From Squalus acanthias (taxonomy: Eukaryota): DNA of 64,000 nt. The stretch lies in contig CM059432.1 of assembly GCA_030390025.1 (NCBI GenBank), forward strand, positions 14,882,001 through 14,946,000, written 5' to 3'. The position numbers were made by a program, and so were the translations under genes. Below are positions 50,435-63,030 of this stretch, piece after piece. The notes under the pieces are model-generated. The model saw nothing but the letters and a program-made list of their open reading frames with translations. It searched no databases and had not been told where the DNA came from. Numbering within the stretch: position 1 is the first letter of the stretch; each line of letters starts with the position of its first letter.

Positions 50435-52611
50435 TGGCTAAGTAAAGAAATTAAGGATAGTATTCGACTAAAAACAAGGGCATATAAGGTAGCGAAATCT
50501 AGTGGGAGGACAGAGGATTGGGAAAACTTTAAAAGGCAGCAAAAAATAACAAAAAGATTGATTAAGAAAGGGAAGATAGATTATGAAAGTAAATTAGCAA
50601 AAAATATAAAAACAGATAGTAAGAGTTTTTATAGTTATATAAAAAGAAAAAGGGTGGCTAAAGTAAATGTTGGTCCCTTAGAGGATGAGACCGGGAAATT
50701 AATGGTGGGAAATATGGAGATGGCAAAAACACTGAATGAATATTTTGTATCAGTCTTTACAGTAGAGGACACTAAGAATATCCCAACACTGGACAAACAG
50801 GGGGCTATAGGGGGAGAGGAGCTAAACACGATCAAAATCACTAAGGAAGTGGTACTCGGTAAAATAATGGGACTCAAGGCGGATAAATCACCTGGACCTG
50901 ATGGCTTACATCCTAGAGTCTTGAAGGAAGTGGCGGTAGGGATTGTAGATGCATTGGTAATCATTTTTCAAAACTCCCTGGATTCCGCTAAGGTCCCGGC
51001 AGACTGGAAAACTGCTAATGTAACACCCTTATTTAAAAAGGGCAGTAGACAGAAGGCTGGTAACTATAGACCGGTTAGCCTAACATCTGTGGTAGGTAAA
51101 ATTTTGGAGTCCATTATTAAGGAAACAGTAACAGGACATTTGGATAATCATAATTTAATAGGACAAAGTCAGCATGGTTTTACGAAGGGGGAAGTCATGT
51201 TTGACAAATTTGCTGGAGTTCTTTGAGGAAGTAACATATAGAGTGGATAAAGGGGAACCAGTGGACGTAGTGTATTTAGACTTCCAAAAGGCATTTGACA
51301 AGGTGCCACACAAAAGATTATTGCTTAAGGTAAAAAATCACGGGATTGGGGGTAATATTCTGGCATGGATAGAGGATTGGCTATCTAACAGAAAGCAAAG
51401 AGTTGGGATAAATGGTTCATTCTCAGACTGGCAATCAGTAACTAGTGGTGTTCCACAGGGGTCAGTGCTGGGTCCCCAACTCTTTACAATCTATATTAAC
51501 GATTTGGAGGAAGGGACCAAGTGTAACATATCAAAATTTGCAGATGATACAAAGATGGGAGGGAAAGTAGTGAGCGAGGAGGACATAAAAAACCTGCAAG
51601 GGGACATAGACAGGCTAAGTAAGTGGGCAGAGATTTGGCAGATGGAATACAACACTGGAAAGTGTGAGGTGATGCACTTTGGCAGGAAAAATCCTAGAGC
51701 AATTTATTATCTTAATGGCAAGAAACTGGAGAGTACTGAAGTGCAAAGGGATCTGGGGGTCCTGGTGCACGAAACTCAAAAGGTTAGTATGCAGGTGCAG
51801 CAAGTGATTAAGAAGGCAAATGGAATGTTGGCTTTCATTGCTAGGGGGATAGAATATAAAAATAGGGAGGTATTGCTTCAGTTGTACAAGGTATTGGTGA
51901 GACCGCACCTGGAATACTGCATACAGTTTTGGTGTCCTTACTTAAGGAAAGACATCCTTGCTCTCGAGGCAGTGCAAAAAAGGTTCACTCGGTTAATCCC
52001 GGGGATGAGGGGGTGGTCATATGAGGAGAGGTTGGGTAGATTGGGACTCTACTCATTGGAGTTCAGAAGAATGAGAGGCGATCTTATTGAAACATATAAG
52101 ATTGTGAAGGGGTTGGATCGGGTGGATGCGGGGAGGATGTTCCCGATGACGGGTGAGACGAGAACTAGGGGACATAGTCTTAGAATAAGGGGCTGCTCTT
52201 TCAAAACTGAGATGAGGAGGAACTACTTCACTCAGAGGGTGGTAGGTCCATGGAATATGCTGCCACAAAAAGCTGTAGAAGCTACAACATTAATTAAATT
52301 TAAAACAGAAATAGACAGTTTCCTAGAAGTAAAGGGCATTAAGGGTTACGGGGAGCGGGCAGGAATTTGGACATGAGTCTAGGTTCGGATCGGTCATGGC
52401 CCTGTGGGTAGTGGAGCGGGCCCAGGGACTGTGTAGCCTGATTCTGCTCCTATTTCGTGTGTGCAATTCTGTTAGATGCAGGAGATGGTTCTGTGATAGA
52501 TAGTAGATTGGCGGTTAGGATCAGATCAGCCATGATCTTATTGAATGGCGGAGCAGGCTCGAGGGGCCGATTGGCCTACTCCTGCTCCTATTTCTTATGT
52601 TCTTATGTTCT
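50435..52611 (+). mobile_element. CR1 LINE, 5'-truncated, near-intact RT, nested in another CR1
   Basis: ORFs 50558-51226 and 51174-52376 (KSPGPDG, NYRPVSLTS, YLDFQKAFDKVPH, GVPQGSVLGP, FADDTK) are separated by one frameshift in a G run near 51186-51190. Ends in (TTCTTATG)n. Confidence 0.95.
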
Positions 52612-52889
52612 TACATCAGTATTTGGGAAAATGCTGGAATCCATTGTTAAGGACGTGGTATCAGGGCACTTAGAAAATCATAATATGATTAGGCAGTCAA
52701 CATGGTTTTATGAAAGGGAAATCATGTTAAAAAAATGTATTAAGATTTTTTTGAGGATGTAACTAACAGGGTAGATAAAGGGGAACCAGTGGATGTAGTA
52801 TATTTGGATTTCCAAAAGGCATTCGATAAGGTGCCACATAAAAGGTTACTACCCAAGATAAGGGTTCATGGGGTTGGGGGTAATATAAT

Positions 52890-53053
52890 GGGCCATAATT
52901 TGCGACCCCTACGGGTGCGCACGAGGTGCACACGTGCCCGTAGGGGCCTCGCAAGTTCCGGGTTTAGGTATGCAAAGCACATGCGCTAAAACCTGGAACT
53001 TGCGATCTGTCAAGAATCTTCTGCGGGAAGCCTCCGACCGCAAATTCAGCCCC
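52890..53053. mobile_element. Harbinger-like MITE inserted in CR1
   Basis: Imperfect TIRs gggccataatttgcg / cgcaaattcagcccc, AAT on both sides; interrupts the CR1 sequence ggtaatat...agcatggatagag. Confidence 0.7.
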
Positions 53054-55901
53054 AATAGCATGGATAGAGGATTGGTTAACGGACAGAAAACAGAGAATGT
53101 AACTAGTGGTGTGCCATAAGAATCAATGCTTCGGCCTCAGCTATTTACAATCTATATTAATGACTTAGATGAAGGGACCGAGAGCAATGTATCCAAGTTT
53201 GCTGACGATACAGAGCTAGGTGGGAAAGTAAGCTGTGAGGAGGACGCAAAGAGTCTGCAAAGGGATTTAGACAGGTTAAGTGGGCAATAAGGTGGCAGAT
53301 GGAGTATAATGTGGGGAAATGTGAGGTTATTCACTTTGGTAGGAAGAAGAGAAAAACAGAATATTTTTAAATGGTGAGAAACTATTAAGTGTTGGTGTTC
53401 AGAGAGATTGGGTGTTCTCGTACAAGAAATACAGAAAGTGAGCATGCAGGTACAGCAAGCAATTAGGAAGGCAAATGGCAAGTTGGCCTTTATTGCAAGG
53501 GGGTTGAAGTACAAGGGTAAGGAAGTATTACTACAATTGTACAGGGCTTTGGTGAGACCGCACCTGGAGTACTGTGCACAGTTTTGGTCTCCTTATCTAA
53601 GGAAGGACTTACTTGCCTCAGAGGCGGTGCAACGAAGGTTCACTAGATTGATCACTGGGAAGAGAGGATTGTTCTATGAGGAGAGATTGAGTTAAATGGC
53701 CGACCCCTTATCCTGAGACTATGCCCCCTAGTTCTAGACTCTCCAGCCAGGGGAAACAACCTCTCAGCATCTTCCCTGTAAATCCCCCTCAGAATCTTAT
53801 ATGTTTCGATGAGATCACTTCTCATTCTTCTAAACTCCAGAGAGTATTAGCCCAATCTACTCAATATCTCCTCATAGGACAACCCTCTCATCGCAGGAGT
53901 GAGAGAAAAGGTTGGAAAATTGGATTAAAACGACAGAGCTGCCATGGCTAGCAGAAATGGCAAAACAGATTCGATGGGCCAAATGGTTCCGATGAATCGT
54001 GGTAGCGGACATTATTGTGTGGAATTCGTTTGTCCGCCATTTGTTAAAGCATGCCTTTGCTAAAATGGTAAACTAAGAGAGTTATATGAATGTCTTAATG
54101 CATGTGTGACTAATATTGCATAGTGCAAGTTCAACCTAATAGTGTTCATTCAATGAATTAAAGCTCTGATGGGTTAAGTGACACTTGGTAGCACAGTTGG
54201 TGGGAACACTGTTCTTTCACCCCTGCGACCAGAGTGTGAAGCAAGCCCAGACTAATGGCATGAAAGCATAATCTCCCTGCCAACTGTAAGGATGCTCAAC
54301 TTAGTTTCCAATCTACAGCACGTAACTGCCCGTAAGACAGTATTAATTAGCACTAAACTGACAGCGTCACTCACAAAGATGTATGGGGTGGATATAGAAA
54401 TGTCACATCCATGCTGAAGCATGCACTTTTCTGAGGTCAGGACTTAAATTCATTTATAAGCCAGTTTAGGCAAAGCTTTACACTGTATTTATGCCTTAGC
54501 ATCAAGAGTGCCCGATAGACAACACTGTGTAAAAATTAGGGAAATAAATTCCTATGCCAACAACAACATGCTAATTTAGTAAACACACTATTCACTGAAG
54601 GGGAAAAATAAACTTTGATTGAATATCGTTCTGTAGATGTGATTATTCACACAGAAAAGCAGTCAGCCAAGCAACAGAACAAGTTGAGCAAGGCACGCTC
54701 CTAGTGAATCTTCTTCCTCTTTATCTTCATGCGTCTACCTCTGTCTCGCTATTCTTGAGTTAAGTACACCCCTATGTTTCTCTCTTAATATCCCTGCCAC
54801 ACTGAGGGTAATTCTAAACTCTGGCCAATAAAACTGGCAGTAGCGAATCGGCAGCCCGTCTCTCCCGATTTTTATTTCCACTGACTTTCGGGAGAGATGT
54901 GAAAATGGCGGCCGATTCGCAATTGCCCATTTTACACTGTTGCCCAAAGTCAGAGTGAGCCCCACAGTCTCGACATCATCCCCCTCTCGTGGGCGAGGAA
55001 TTCTGTTATAGAACCCAGTTACTCAGGGATTTCGCGCTGTGTAAATTCTGGCGGGAGTGCCGTGGGCTTGTCAGCAAGTTTTCCTGGGCTTGCTCAGGAA
55101 AGTCAAACACCGTCCCCTGATTTTTCCCATCTTTTCAAGCTGTGCACAATTGTGGCAGCGATAAGGCACTGACAGAGCGCACGCATGTTTGCTGGGCAGC
55201 TCATCTCAGTGGCCCTATATTTTCCATGTAGCATATCAGCAACAAACTGGAAAAAAATGCGAATCAGATCATCCACATCACAAGTGCCTTCCAATCTGTG
55301 AAAAGCAGCATTCACCTGACTATCCATATTACTACGGTGTAAACAAAAACTGGACGACCCACGCACACCACACTACAGTGTGAGCAGGAACGAGTCTACC
55401 CCGACACATCGGTTTCCCCATTAATGCAGATGTGTTTCACGGCCAAAAGTAAAAAATGAAAAATTAAGTTAGGTTTATTCTATCTCGAAAAGATTTTGCT
55501 CAAAAGTAAAACATGAGTTTCCAACAATGAAATACCACATTTCTTAATTTGTTAAGACTGATCAGTGCTCATGCTTATATAGGATTACTAGGCTGCACGG
55601 CATAGAAACAGGCCATTCGGCCCAACCAGTCTATGCTCCACTCGAGCCTCCTCCCGTCTTTCCTCATCTAACTCTATCAGCATAACCCTCTATTCCCTTC
55701 TCCCTCATATGCTTATCTAGCCTCCCCTTAAAATGCATCCATACCATTTGCTTCAACCACTCCCTATATTAACGCGTTCCACATTCTCACCACTATCTGC
55801 GAAAAGAAGTTTCTTCTGAATTCCCTATTTGATTTCTTGGTGACTATCTTGTATTGATAGCCTCTAGTTTTGCTCTTCCCCACAAGTGGAAACAGTCTCT
55901 C

Positions 55902-58031
55902 GGGCTGCGATTTCGCCAACCGTGGCGGGCTCCGTACGGCAGAGGTAGGTGGCAGGTGGCAACTCCACTCCCGGCTCCATCCCACTCTGAGAAGGGGCTT
56001 GACAGGGTAGATGCAGAGAGGATGTTTCCCTCGTGGGGGAATCTAGAACTAGGGGGGCTTAATTTCAGAATAAGGGGGCACCCATTTAAATTGGAAATGA
56101 GGAGGAATTTATTCTCTCAGAGGGTCGTGAATCTTTGGAATTCTCTTCCCCAGAGAGCTGTGGAGGCTGGGTCATTGAATATATTTAAGGTGGAGACAGA
56201 CAGATTTTTGAATGGTAAGGGAGTCAAGGGTTATGGAGAGCGGGCAGGGAAGTGGAGTTGAGACCAAGATCAGATCAGCCATGATCTTATTGAATGGCGG
56301 AGCAGGCTCGAGGGGCCAAATGACCTACTCCTGCTCCTATGTCTTATGTTCTTATGTCTTATGTTCTTATGAGAGAAGAATTGTCCATTGATAGGGCTTG
56401 TTAAGCCCGCCCAGCCAATTAAAAAGAATGTGGGTCTGATGACGTCATTTGATGACGTGTCATCAGCCGGTTTCCTTAAAGGGACCATGTCCACATTCAT
56501 TTTGACAGTTGTGCTGTCAGTGTTCGACAGCATTGAGGCGCTGCAAACACTGACAAGCACTGCACAAAGGTGCACGGCTGCACCCAGGCTCTCCCATGAC
56601 TCCCTCCATATGCTTATGGAGAGAGTCACAGCACGCATGGAGGTTCTCTTCCCTTCCAATGGGTGGAAGAGACCTCCCCAGGACACCAACACAGTCTGGT
56701 TGCACATTGCACAGGAGGGCACAAGCAGGGATGTCATCAGGAGTCCCTGGCTGCAGTGGCGCAAACCTTTCAATGATCTCAGTAGATCACAAAACATTAC
56801 TGCAAAGCAACACTCAACCTCATCCTGCTGTGCCACTCATCACATTTCCATCACTCTGCCTTCCCTACCCTACTCCTGCACATCCTTACTCACACCAACT
56901 TACCTTGCACCTCCACCCATCCCTCTCTATCTACATTATCACTTCCCCATCTCACTAGCCACCCCTCACACTCACCCTCATCCTAGTGCAATCATACCAA
57001 CTAACAACACACAAGGGTAGGCACTTGGGTGTTTTATGCAATGTTCATGTGAAATTTCTGCTGATGTGTTGCCAAACACTAAAATCTTTATTTTCAACAC
57101 TTTGCATTCTTGGACAGATTTGTGTGCACCTTTGGAAGTGGCTTAGTGAGTTACAGTGAATGGCGAGACATAACATTACCTCCCGCAATGGTGATGAGTG
57201 TGAAAGGAATGGCTTGGACATTGTAGGGATGCTTTATGGTGTTGGTGTGGGGTGGTGCCAGCCTGGAGCAACATGTGGCAGCCAGGGTGTACAGTGTCAA
57301 GTGAAGTAAATCTGGCCATGGTGAGGCCATCCCTGGCAGCAATGTGATCGGGTGCTGATGCCCTGTGTCCTGTGCAGCATCAGGTGATTGTTGTTGTTGT
57401 GATGCTGGTGTGCCTGGTGATGCTGGTGTTGGGGCTGATCATGGAGGGAATCTGAGGCCCAAGGTGAGATTTTTTCAAGGGTACCGATGCTGCTGGAATA
57501 GATGGCAGCTGAAGTTGAGATGACAGAAGCGATCTGTCAATGGTGAGAGAGGTTGCTCCAAGGAGGTGACAGTGGATAGAGAGTTTACTCCAAACACTTC
57601 CAAACTGCATACAGCTGTATTCCAAATCCTGAAGGCTCCAGCTTCCAACATTGGAAAGTGAACAGCTGTGAAATGGTAGCTTTTATACCACTTTTGCAGC
57701 TGTCACCTATTCAGAGCAATGGAGAGTCATTGAAAACCCCACCTACTTACCTGACGTGATCCCCGAGTGCCATGAAACTTGTCAAAAAGCTGGAAAAATG
57801 GTAAGTACATGGTAAAATGCTGTTTCAGTACTTTTTAATAAGCTCTTAACTATGTCAATTGGCTCCCCCGCCGCTTGGTGTCGGGTCTGTAAAGCGCAGA
57901 CAGACCCGACACTTGGGAAACTGACATGGAAGTGGGTTGACAGTGGGATCCCGACCCACTGTCAATCTTTTCTATTTTGACAGCGGACCTGCCTCCGAAC
58001 CCACCCTCTGAGCGCCGGCAAAATTCCGACC
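55902..58031 (+). mobile_element. PIF/Harbinger-derived element with Myb/SANT-like ORF relic
   Basis: ORF 56388-57020 contains APRLSHDSLHMLMERVTARMEVLFPSNGWKRP...WLHIAQE...WLQWRKPFNDL, a trihelix/Myb-SANT pattern. Diverged TIRs gggctgcgatttcgcc / ggcaaaattccgacc. Confidence 0.75.
55989..56370 (+). mobile_element. CR1 3' fragment nested in the Harbinger element
   Basis: KGLDRVDAERMFP...GYGERAGKWS*, 3' UTR and (TCTTATG)n tail. Confidence 0.9.
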
Positions 58032-59067
58032 TCTGTGTCCACTCTATCAAAATCTTTCATAATTTTAAAGACCTCTATTAGGTCATCCCTCAGCCTTCTC
58101 TTTTCAAGAGGAAAGAGACCCAGCCTGTTCATCCTTTCCTGATAGGTATAACCTCGCATTTCTGGTGTCATCCTTGAGGGTAAGGTAGCATAGTGGTTAT
58201 ATTACTGGACTAGTAATCCAGAGGCCCGGACTAATGATCCGGAGACATGGGTTCATAATCCCAGCCCGGCAGCTGGGGAATTTAAATTCAGCTAATTAAA
58301 TAAATCTGGAATAAAAAGCTAGTATCTCGCCTATATGTGACTCCAGACCCTCCAGACTCTTAACTACCCTCTGAAATGGCAGCTCACCAGTACCGTCTCA
58401 AGGGCAATTAGGGATGGGCAATAAATGCTGGCCGTGCTGGCAACGCACACATCCCATGAACAAATATATTAAACAGAATCTTTTTCTGAACCTTTATTTT
58501 CAGTCAGTGACCGTCACATATGGCATTCAATTTCCTGTTGTGATGTGCAGTGCACAATGTTATCTCAAACAATGACACTCGGGCATCGCATGAGAGAGAT
58601 TCAGTCGGAAACATTTCTTCCCAGTTTGTTTTTTTAAATAGATAAATGTCTAAGTGGTTAAGTAACTTGCTGAATCCTATAAATTTGTTGCATCACCATT
58701 CAGATCTCATATCTATTTACTGTTTAATAATTTAAGCATGTAAAGGTCAAACATCTCGTTTTTCCTTTACGCTAAACAGAAAAAAGGGAACAACATTAAA
58801 AAAAAAAGTCACGCTTGAGCTTCCTGCCCGCTGTTACGATATATAAAGAGTGTAACCTGCTCCAAAGCCCAATCGTTCCAAAGCTTGGGCATTTGCTTCA
58901 CTACCCAGATGTCATTTGCGTTTCCCCTACTTCTCTCCTCCACTCCTGATGGCAGTGACCAGGGTTACTGGTTTATACTGATTGGGCTTTCACTAGATGG
59001 GGGATTCTGGGATTTAAAAAAAAACTTACATTAAATCCACTAAGTTCCTCCCATTGATTTATTTTGC

Positions 59068-59640
59068 TTTGCGGAACACCTCCGTTCAGTCCGCAAGTGT
59101 GATCCCGAGCTTCCGGTTGCCTGTCACTTTAATTCTCCCCTCCACTCCCACTCTGATCTCTCCATCCTCGGTCTCTTACACTGTTCCAATGAAGCTCAAC
59201 GTAAGCTCGAGAAACAGCACCTCATCTTTCTATTAGGCACTTTACAGCCTTCTGGACTTAACATCGAGTTCAACAAGTTCAGACTATAAATTGGCCCCTG
59301 TATTTTTTTACTCTAGTTTTCTCACATGGTAGCTGTTGATGACGCTGCCATCGTCATTCACACCTCATCTAGTCATCTTTTGTTTCTTAACTTGTCCCAT
59401 CACCTCTCCTTTTGCCTTGCACCATCATCCCTTTTGTCAGTCAATCTCTCCTGCCTTCCATCCTATCACAGACCTTCCCTTTGTTCTTTCCTCCCCTCCT
59501 CCCTGCCCCTGCTTAAAAATCTCTCCTCCCTAACCTTTTCCAGTTCTGACGAAGGGTCCCCGACTCGAAACGTTGACTCTGTTTCTCTCTCCTCGATGCT
59601 GCCTGACCTGCTGAGTGTTTCCAGCATTTTCTGTTGTTAT
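59068..59640 (+). mobile_element. 5'-truncated Penelope copy (end of GIY-YIG, 3' UTR, terminal repeat with hammerhead at 59542-59578)
   Basis: Collinear with 22281-22853 of the long element. Confidence 0.88.
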
Positions 59641-59764
59641 TTAGATACCCTTGTTCTGTTGGTATTTTGTCCTCTTCCTCTACTGTTAAAGTAATACTTT
59701 GTATCCATTTTCACAAGTACCATTTGCTTATTATCCATTACTGTCTCACCTGCACCCGTCTTTA

Positions 59765-60122
59765 ATAAGAACATAGAAGAAATAAGATCAAGAGTAGGCC
59801 ATTCTGCCCTTTGAGCCTTCTCCGCCATTCAATAAGATCATGGCTGATCTTCTACCTCAACGCCACTTTCCTGCACTATCCCCATATCCCTTGGTTCCCT
59901 TAATATTCAAAAATCTATCGATCTCAGTCTTGAATATACTCAATGACTGAGCCTCACAGCCCTCTGGGGTAGAGAATTCCAAAGATTCACCACCCTCTGA
60001 GTGAAGAAATTTCTCCTCATCTCAGTCCTAAATGGCTGACCCCTTATTCTGAGCCTGTGACCCCTGGTTCTAGACTCCCCAGCCAGGGGAAACATCCTCC
60101 CAGCATCTACCCTGTCAAGCCC
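59765..60122 (-). mobile_element. CR1 3' fragment
   Basis: GLDRVDAGRMFPLAGESRTRGH...NSLPQRAV plus 3' UTR, on the minus strand. Confidence 0.9.
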
Positions 60123-62072
60123 TGGTGTGGATTTCTTGTAGGCTTCCTGAGGGCAGTGCTCAATGATGTGCTCTAGGGTCTGATTAGGAGCTCCACAGTC
60201 GCATGATGGGGATGCTTTAATCTTCCATCTATGGAGAAGGTGGCAGCATCCCAATAATGGATAATCAAGGGGCCACAGGGAGTGGGGAACTAAAGGCAAT
60301 CACTATCACTAAGGAAATAGTACTTGGTATATAATGGGACTAAAAGACGACAAGTCCCCTGGACCAGATGGCCTGCATCCCAGGGTCTTAAAAGAAGTGG
60401 CTGCAGAGATAGTGGATGCATTGGTTGCAATATACCAAAATTCCCTGGACTCTGGAGAGGTCCCAGCGGATTGGAAAACCGCTAATGTAACACCCCTATT
60501 TAAGAAAGGAGGGAGACAGAAAGCAGGAAACTATAGATCAGTTAGCCTAACATCTGATTTTGGGAAAATGCTGGAGTCCTTCATTAAGGAAGCAGTAACA
60601 GGGCATTTAGAAAAACATACTGCAGTCAAACAGAGTAAGCATGGTTTTAGGAAAGGAAAATCATGTTTAACAAATTTGCTGGAGTTCTTTGAGGATGTAA
60701 CAAGCAGGGTGGACAAGGGTGAGCCAGTGGATGTGGTGTATTTGGATTTCCAGAAGGCATTCGATAAGGTGCCACATAAAAGGTTACTGCATAAGATAAG
60801 AGCTCACGGAGTTGGGGGTAATATATTAGCATGGATAGAGAATTGACTAACTAACAGAAAGCAGAGAGTCGGGATAAATGGGTCATTTTCTGGTTGGCAA
60901 ACGGTAACTAGTGGGGTGCCACAAGGATCGGTGCTGGGGCCCCAACTATTTACAATCTACATTAATGACTTGGATGAAGGGACCGGGTGTAATGTAGCCA
61001 AGTTTGCGGATGATACAAAGATGGGTGGGAAAGCAAGTTGTGCAGAGGACTCAAAGAATCTGCAAAGGGATATAGACAGGCTAGGTGAGTGGGCAAACAT
61101 TTGGCAGATGGAGTATAATGTGGGAAAATGCGAGGTTATCCACTTTGGCAGGAAAAATAAAAAAGCAAACTATTATTTAAATGGAGAGAGATTACAAAAT
61201 GCTACACTTCAGAGGGACCTGGGGGTCCTTGTGCATGAAACACAAAAAGTTAGCATGCAGGTACAGCAAGTAATCAAAAAGGCAAATGGAATGTTGGCCT
61301 TTATTTCAAGGGGGTTGGAGTATAAAAGCAGGGAAGTCCTGCTACAACTGTACAAGGTATTGGTGAGACCACACCTTGAGTACTGCGTACAGTTTTGGTC
61401 TCCTTATTTAAGGAAGGATATACTTGCATTGGAGGCAGTTCAGAGACGATTCACTAGGTTAATTCCAGAGATGAGGGGTTTGACTTATGAGGAAAGGTTG
61501 AGCAGGCTGGGCCTATACTCATTGGAATTTAGAAGAATGAGAGGTGATCTTATCGAAACATATAAGATACTGAGGGGACTTGACAGGGTAGATGCAGAGA
61601 AGATGTTTCCCCTCATGGGAAAATCTAGAACTCGGGGGCACAGTCTCAGAATAAAGGGTCGCCCTTTTAGAACTGAGATGAGGAGGAACTTCTTCTCTCA
61701 GAGGGTCGTAAATTTGTGGAATTCTCTGCCCCAGAGAGCTGTGGAGGCTGGGTCATTAAATACATTTAAAGTGAAGATGGACAAATTTTTGCAAGATAAG
61801 GGAGTGAAGGGTTATGGGGAGTGGGCTGGAAAGTGGCTTTGAGCCCAAGAACAGCCATGATCTTATTGAATGGCGGAGCAGGCTCGAGGGGCCAAGTGGC
61901 CTATTCCTGCTCCTATTTCTTATGTTCTTATCTACCATGTTCTGAGGCAGTTGATGGTTGTCCACTGTTTGCGAGGAAGGTTTGATCCTTCAGGTTTTAC
62001 TGTGGGGTCCTCTATAAGGAATCCATTCCGTATTATCACCCTTCACACCGGAAGCTTTGGCGTAGATATCTG
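60123..62072 (-). mobile_element. Vingi/Ingi-like LINE C-terminal relic split by the CR1 (60123-60251 and 61931-62072)
   Basis: Minus-strand pieces read PTVKPEGSNLPRKQWTTINCLRT and, after a frameshift, HGR | CCHLLHRWKIKASPSCDCGAPNQTLEHIIEHCP, a CCHC knuckle of I-group LINEs. Confidence 0.72.
60252..61930 (+). mobile_element. CR1 LINE, 5'-truncated, RT with one premature stop
   Basis: ORFs 60334-60846 and 60916-61842 are in the same frame, separated by TGA at a conserved Trp (WIEN*L). Canonical 3' UTR and TTCTTATG tail. Confidence 0.95.
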
Positions 62073-62134
62073 ACTTGGATATTGACATTTGATTTGCTTT
62101 GCTACTACCATACGAAAGAAGAAGATTGATATAG

Positions 62135-63030
62135 ATATTAAATAGCTGAGGCCCAAGTACTGATCCTTGCGGTACCCCACTAGTTACAGACTGCCAACCT
62201 GAAAATGACCCGCTTATATGCAGGCAACACTTATCTTAACCTCTTGCCCTTCTCTTGATTAACTGTGCCATCAGACTGCCAATCTGACACGGATCCCCTT
62301 TACCACTCACTTTCTCTTCATGTTTTTATAAAAGCTTTTGCTGTTAGCTTTGGTATCCTTTGCAAGTTTGTTTTTCATATTCCTTTTGTCAACTCATTAC
62401 TTTAGTTTATCCCTTTATTGCTTTTTATAGCTCTCCCAGTCGGGTAGATTTCCACTTTTCCTTGCATTTGTTTAAGCCTTTTCTTGATTCTGTCTCTTAC
62501 CTCATTGTTCACCATGGTTGCTTAACTACACAAGTGGAGCCTTTGCCTTTTAGGCAGTATGTTATGGTTTTGTATCGTACCAAATACTTCTTTGAATTCC
62601 CACTGTTTTGTCCGTGGATTTACCCGTTAACAGTTCAGCCCAATTTACTGTGGTCAATTAATTTCTCATCCCTTCAAAGTTTGCCTTACTTAAATTTAAA
62701 ACCTTGGTTTCTGACGCTCCTTCTCAAGCCTAATATATAATTCAATAATACTATGATCGCTATTTGCAAGATGCTCCCTCACCAAGAAAACTGTCCCAAA
62801 TACATTCAAGAAATTGATTGCCGTTCCTACTTGAGCTGTTCTGCTTCTCCCAGTCCATAAGAAAATTGAAATCTCCCATTGTAACCACATTGTTTTTGCT
62901 ACATTCTTCCTTGATCTCCGTATTTATACATCCCTCCACTACATTACTATCATCAGGAGGTCTGAAGAAAGCTCCTAACAGAGTCTTGTCTGCTTTGCTG
63001 TTCCTTAACTCTACTCATAGCGCTTCAGTG
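62135..63030 (-). mobile_element. Old CR1 ORF2 fragments
   Basis: VTSGVPQGSVLGPQL-type segment at 62135-62215 and degraded endonuclease/linker-like pieces (EHLANSDHSII). Confidence 0.6.

Larger units (their letters stand above)
50110..53693 (+). mobile_element. Older host CR1 LINE (50110-50434 plus 52612-53693), interrupted by a CR1 and a MITE
   Basis: NYRPVSLT breaks at 50434 and resumes as TSVFGKMLESIVK at 52612; many stops and frameshifts. Confidence 0.9.
55600..58176 (-). mobile_element. CR1 fragment (55600-55901 plus 58032-58176) hosting a Harbinger element
   Basis: ...gtggaaacagtctctc | tctgtgtccactctatcaaaa... joins into contiguous CR1 sequence once the insert is removed. Confidence 0.8.
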
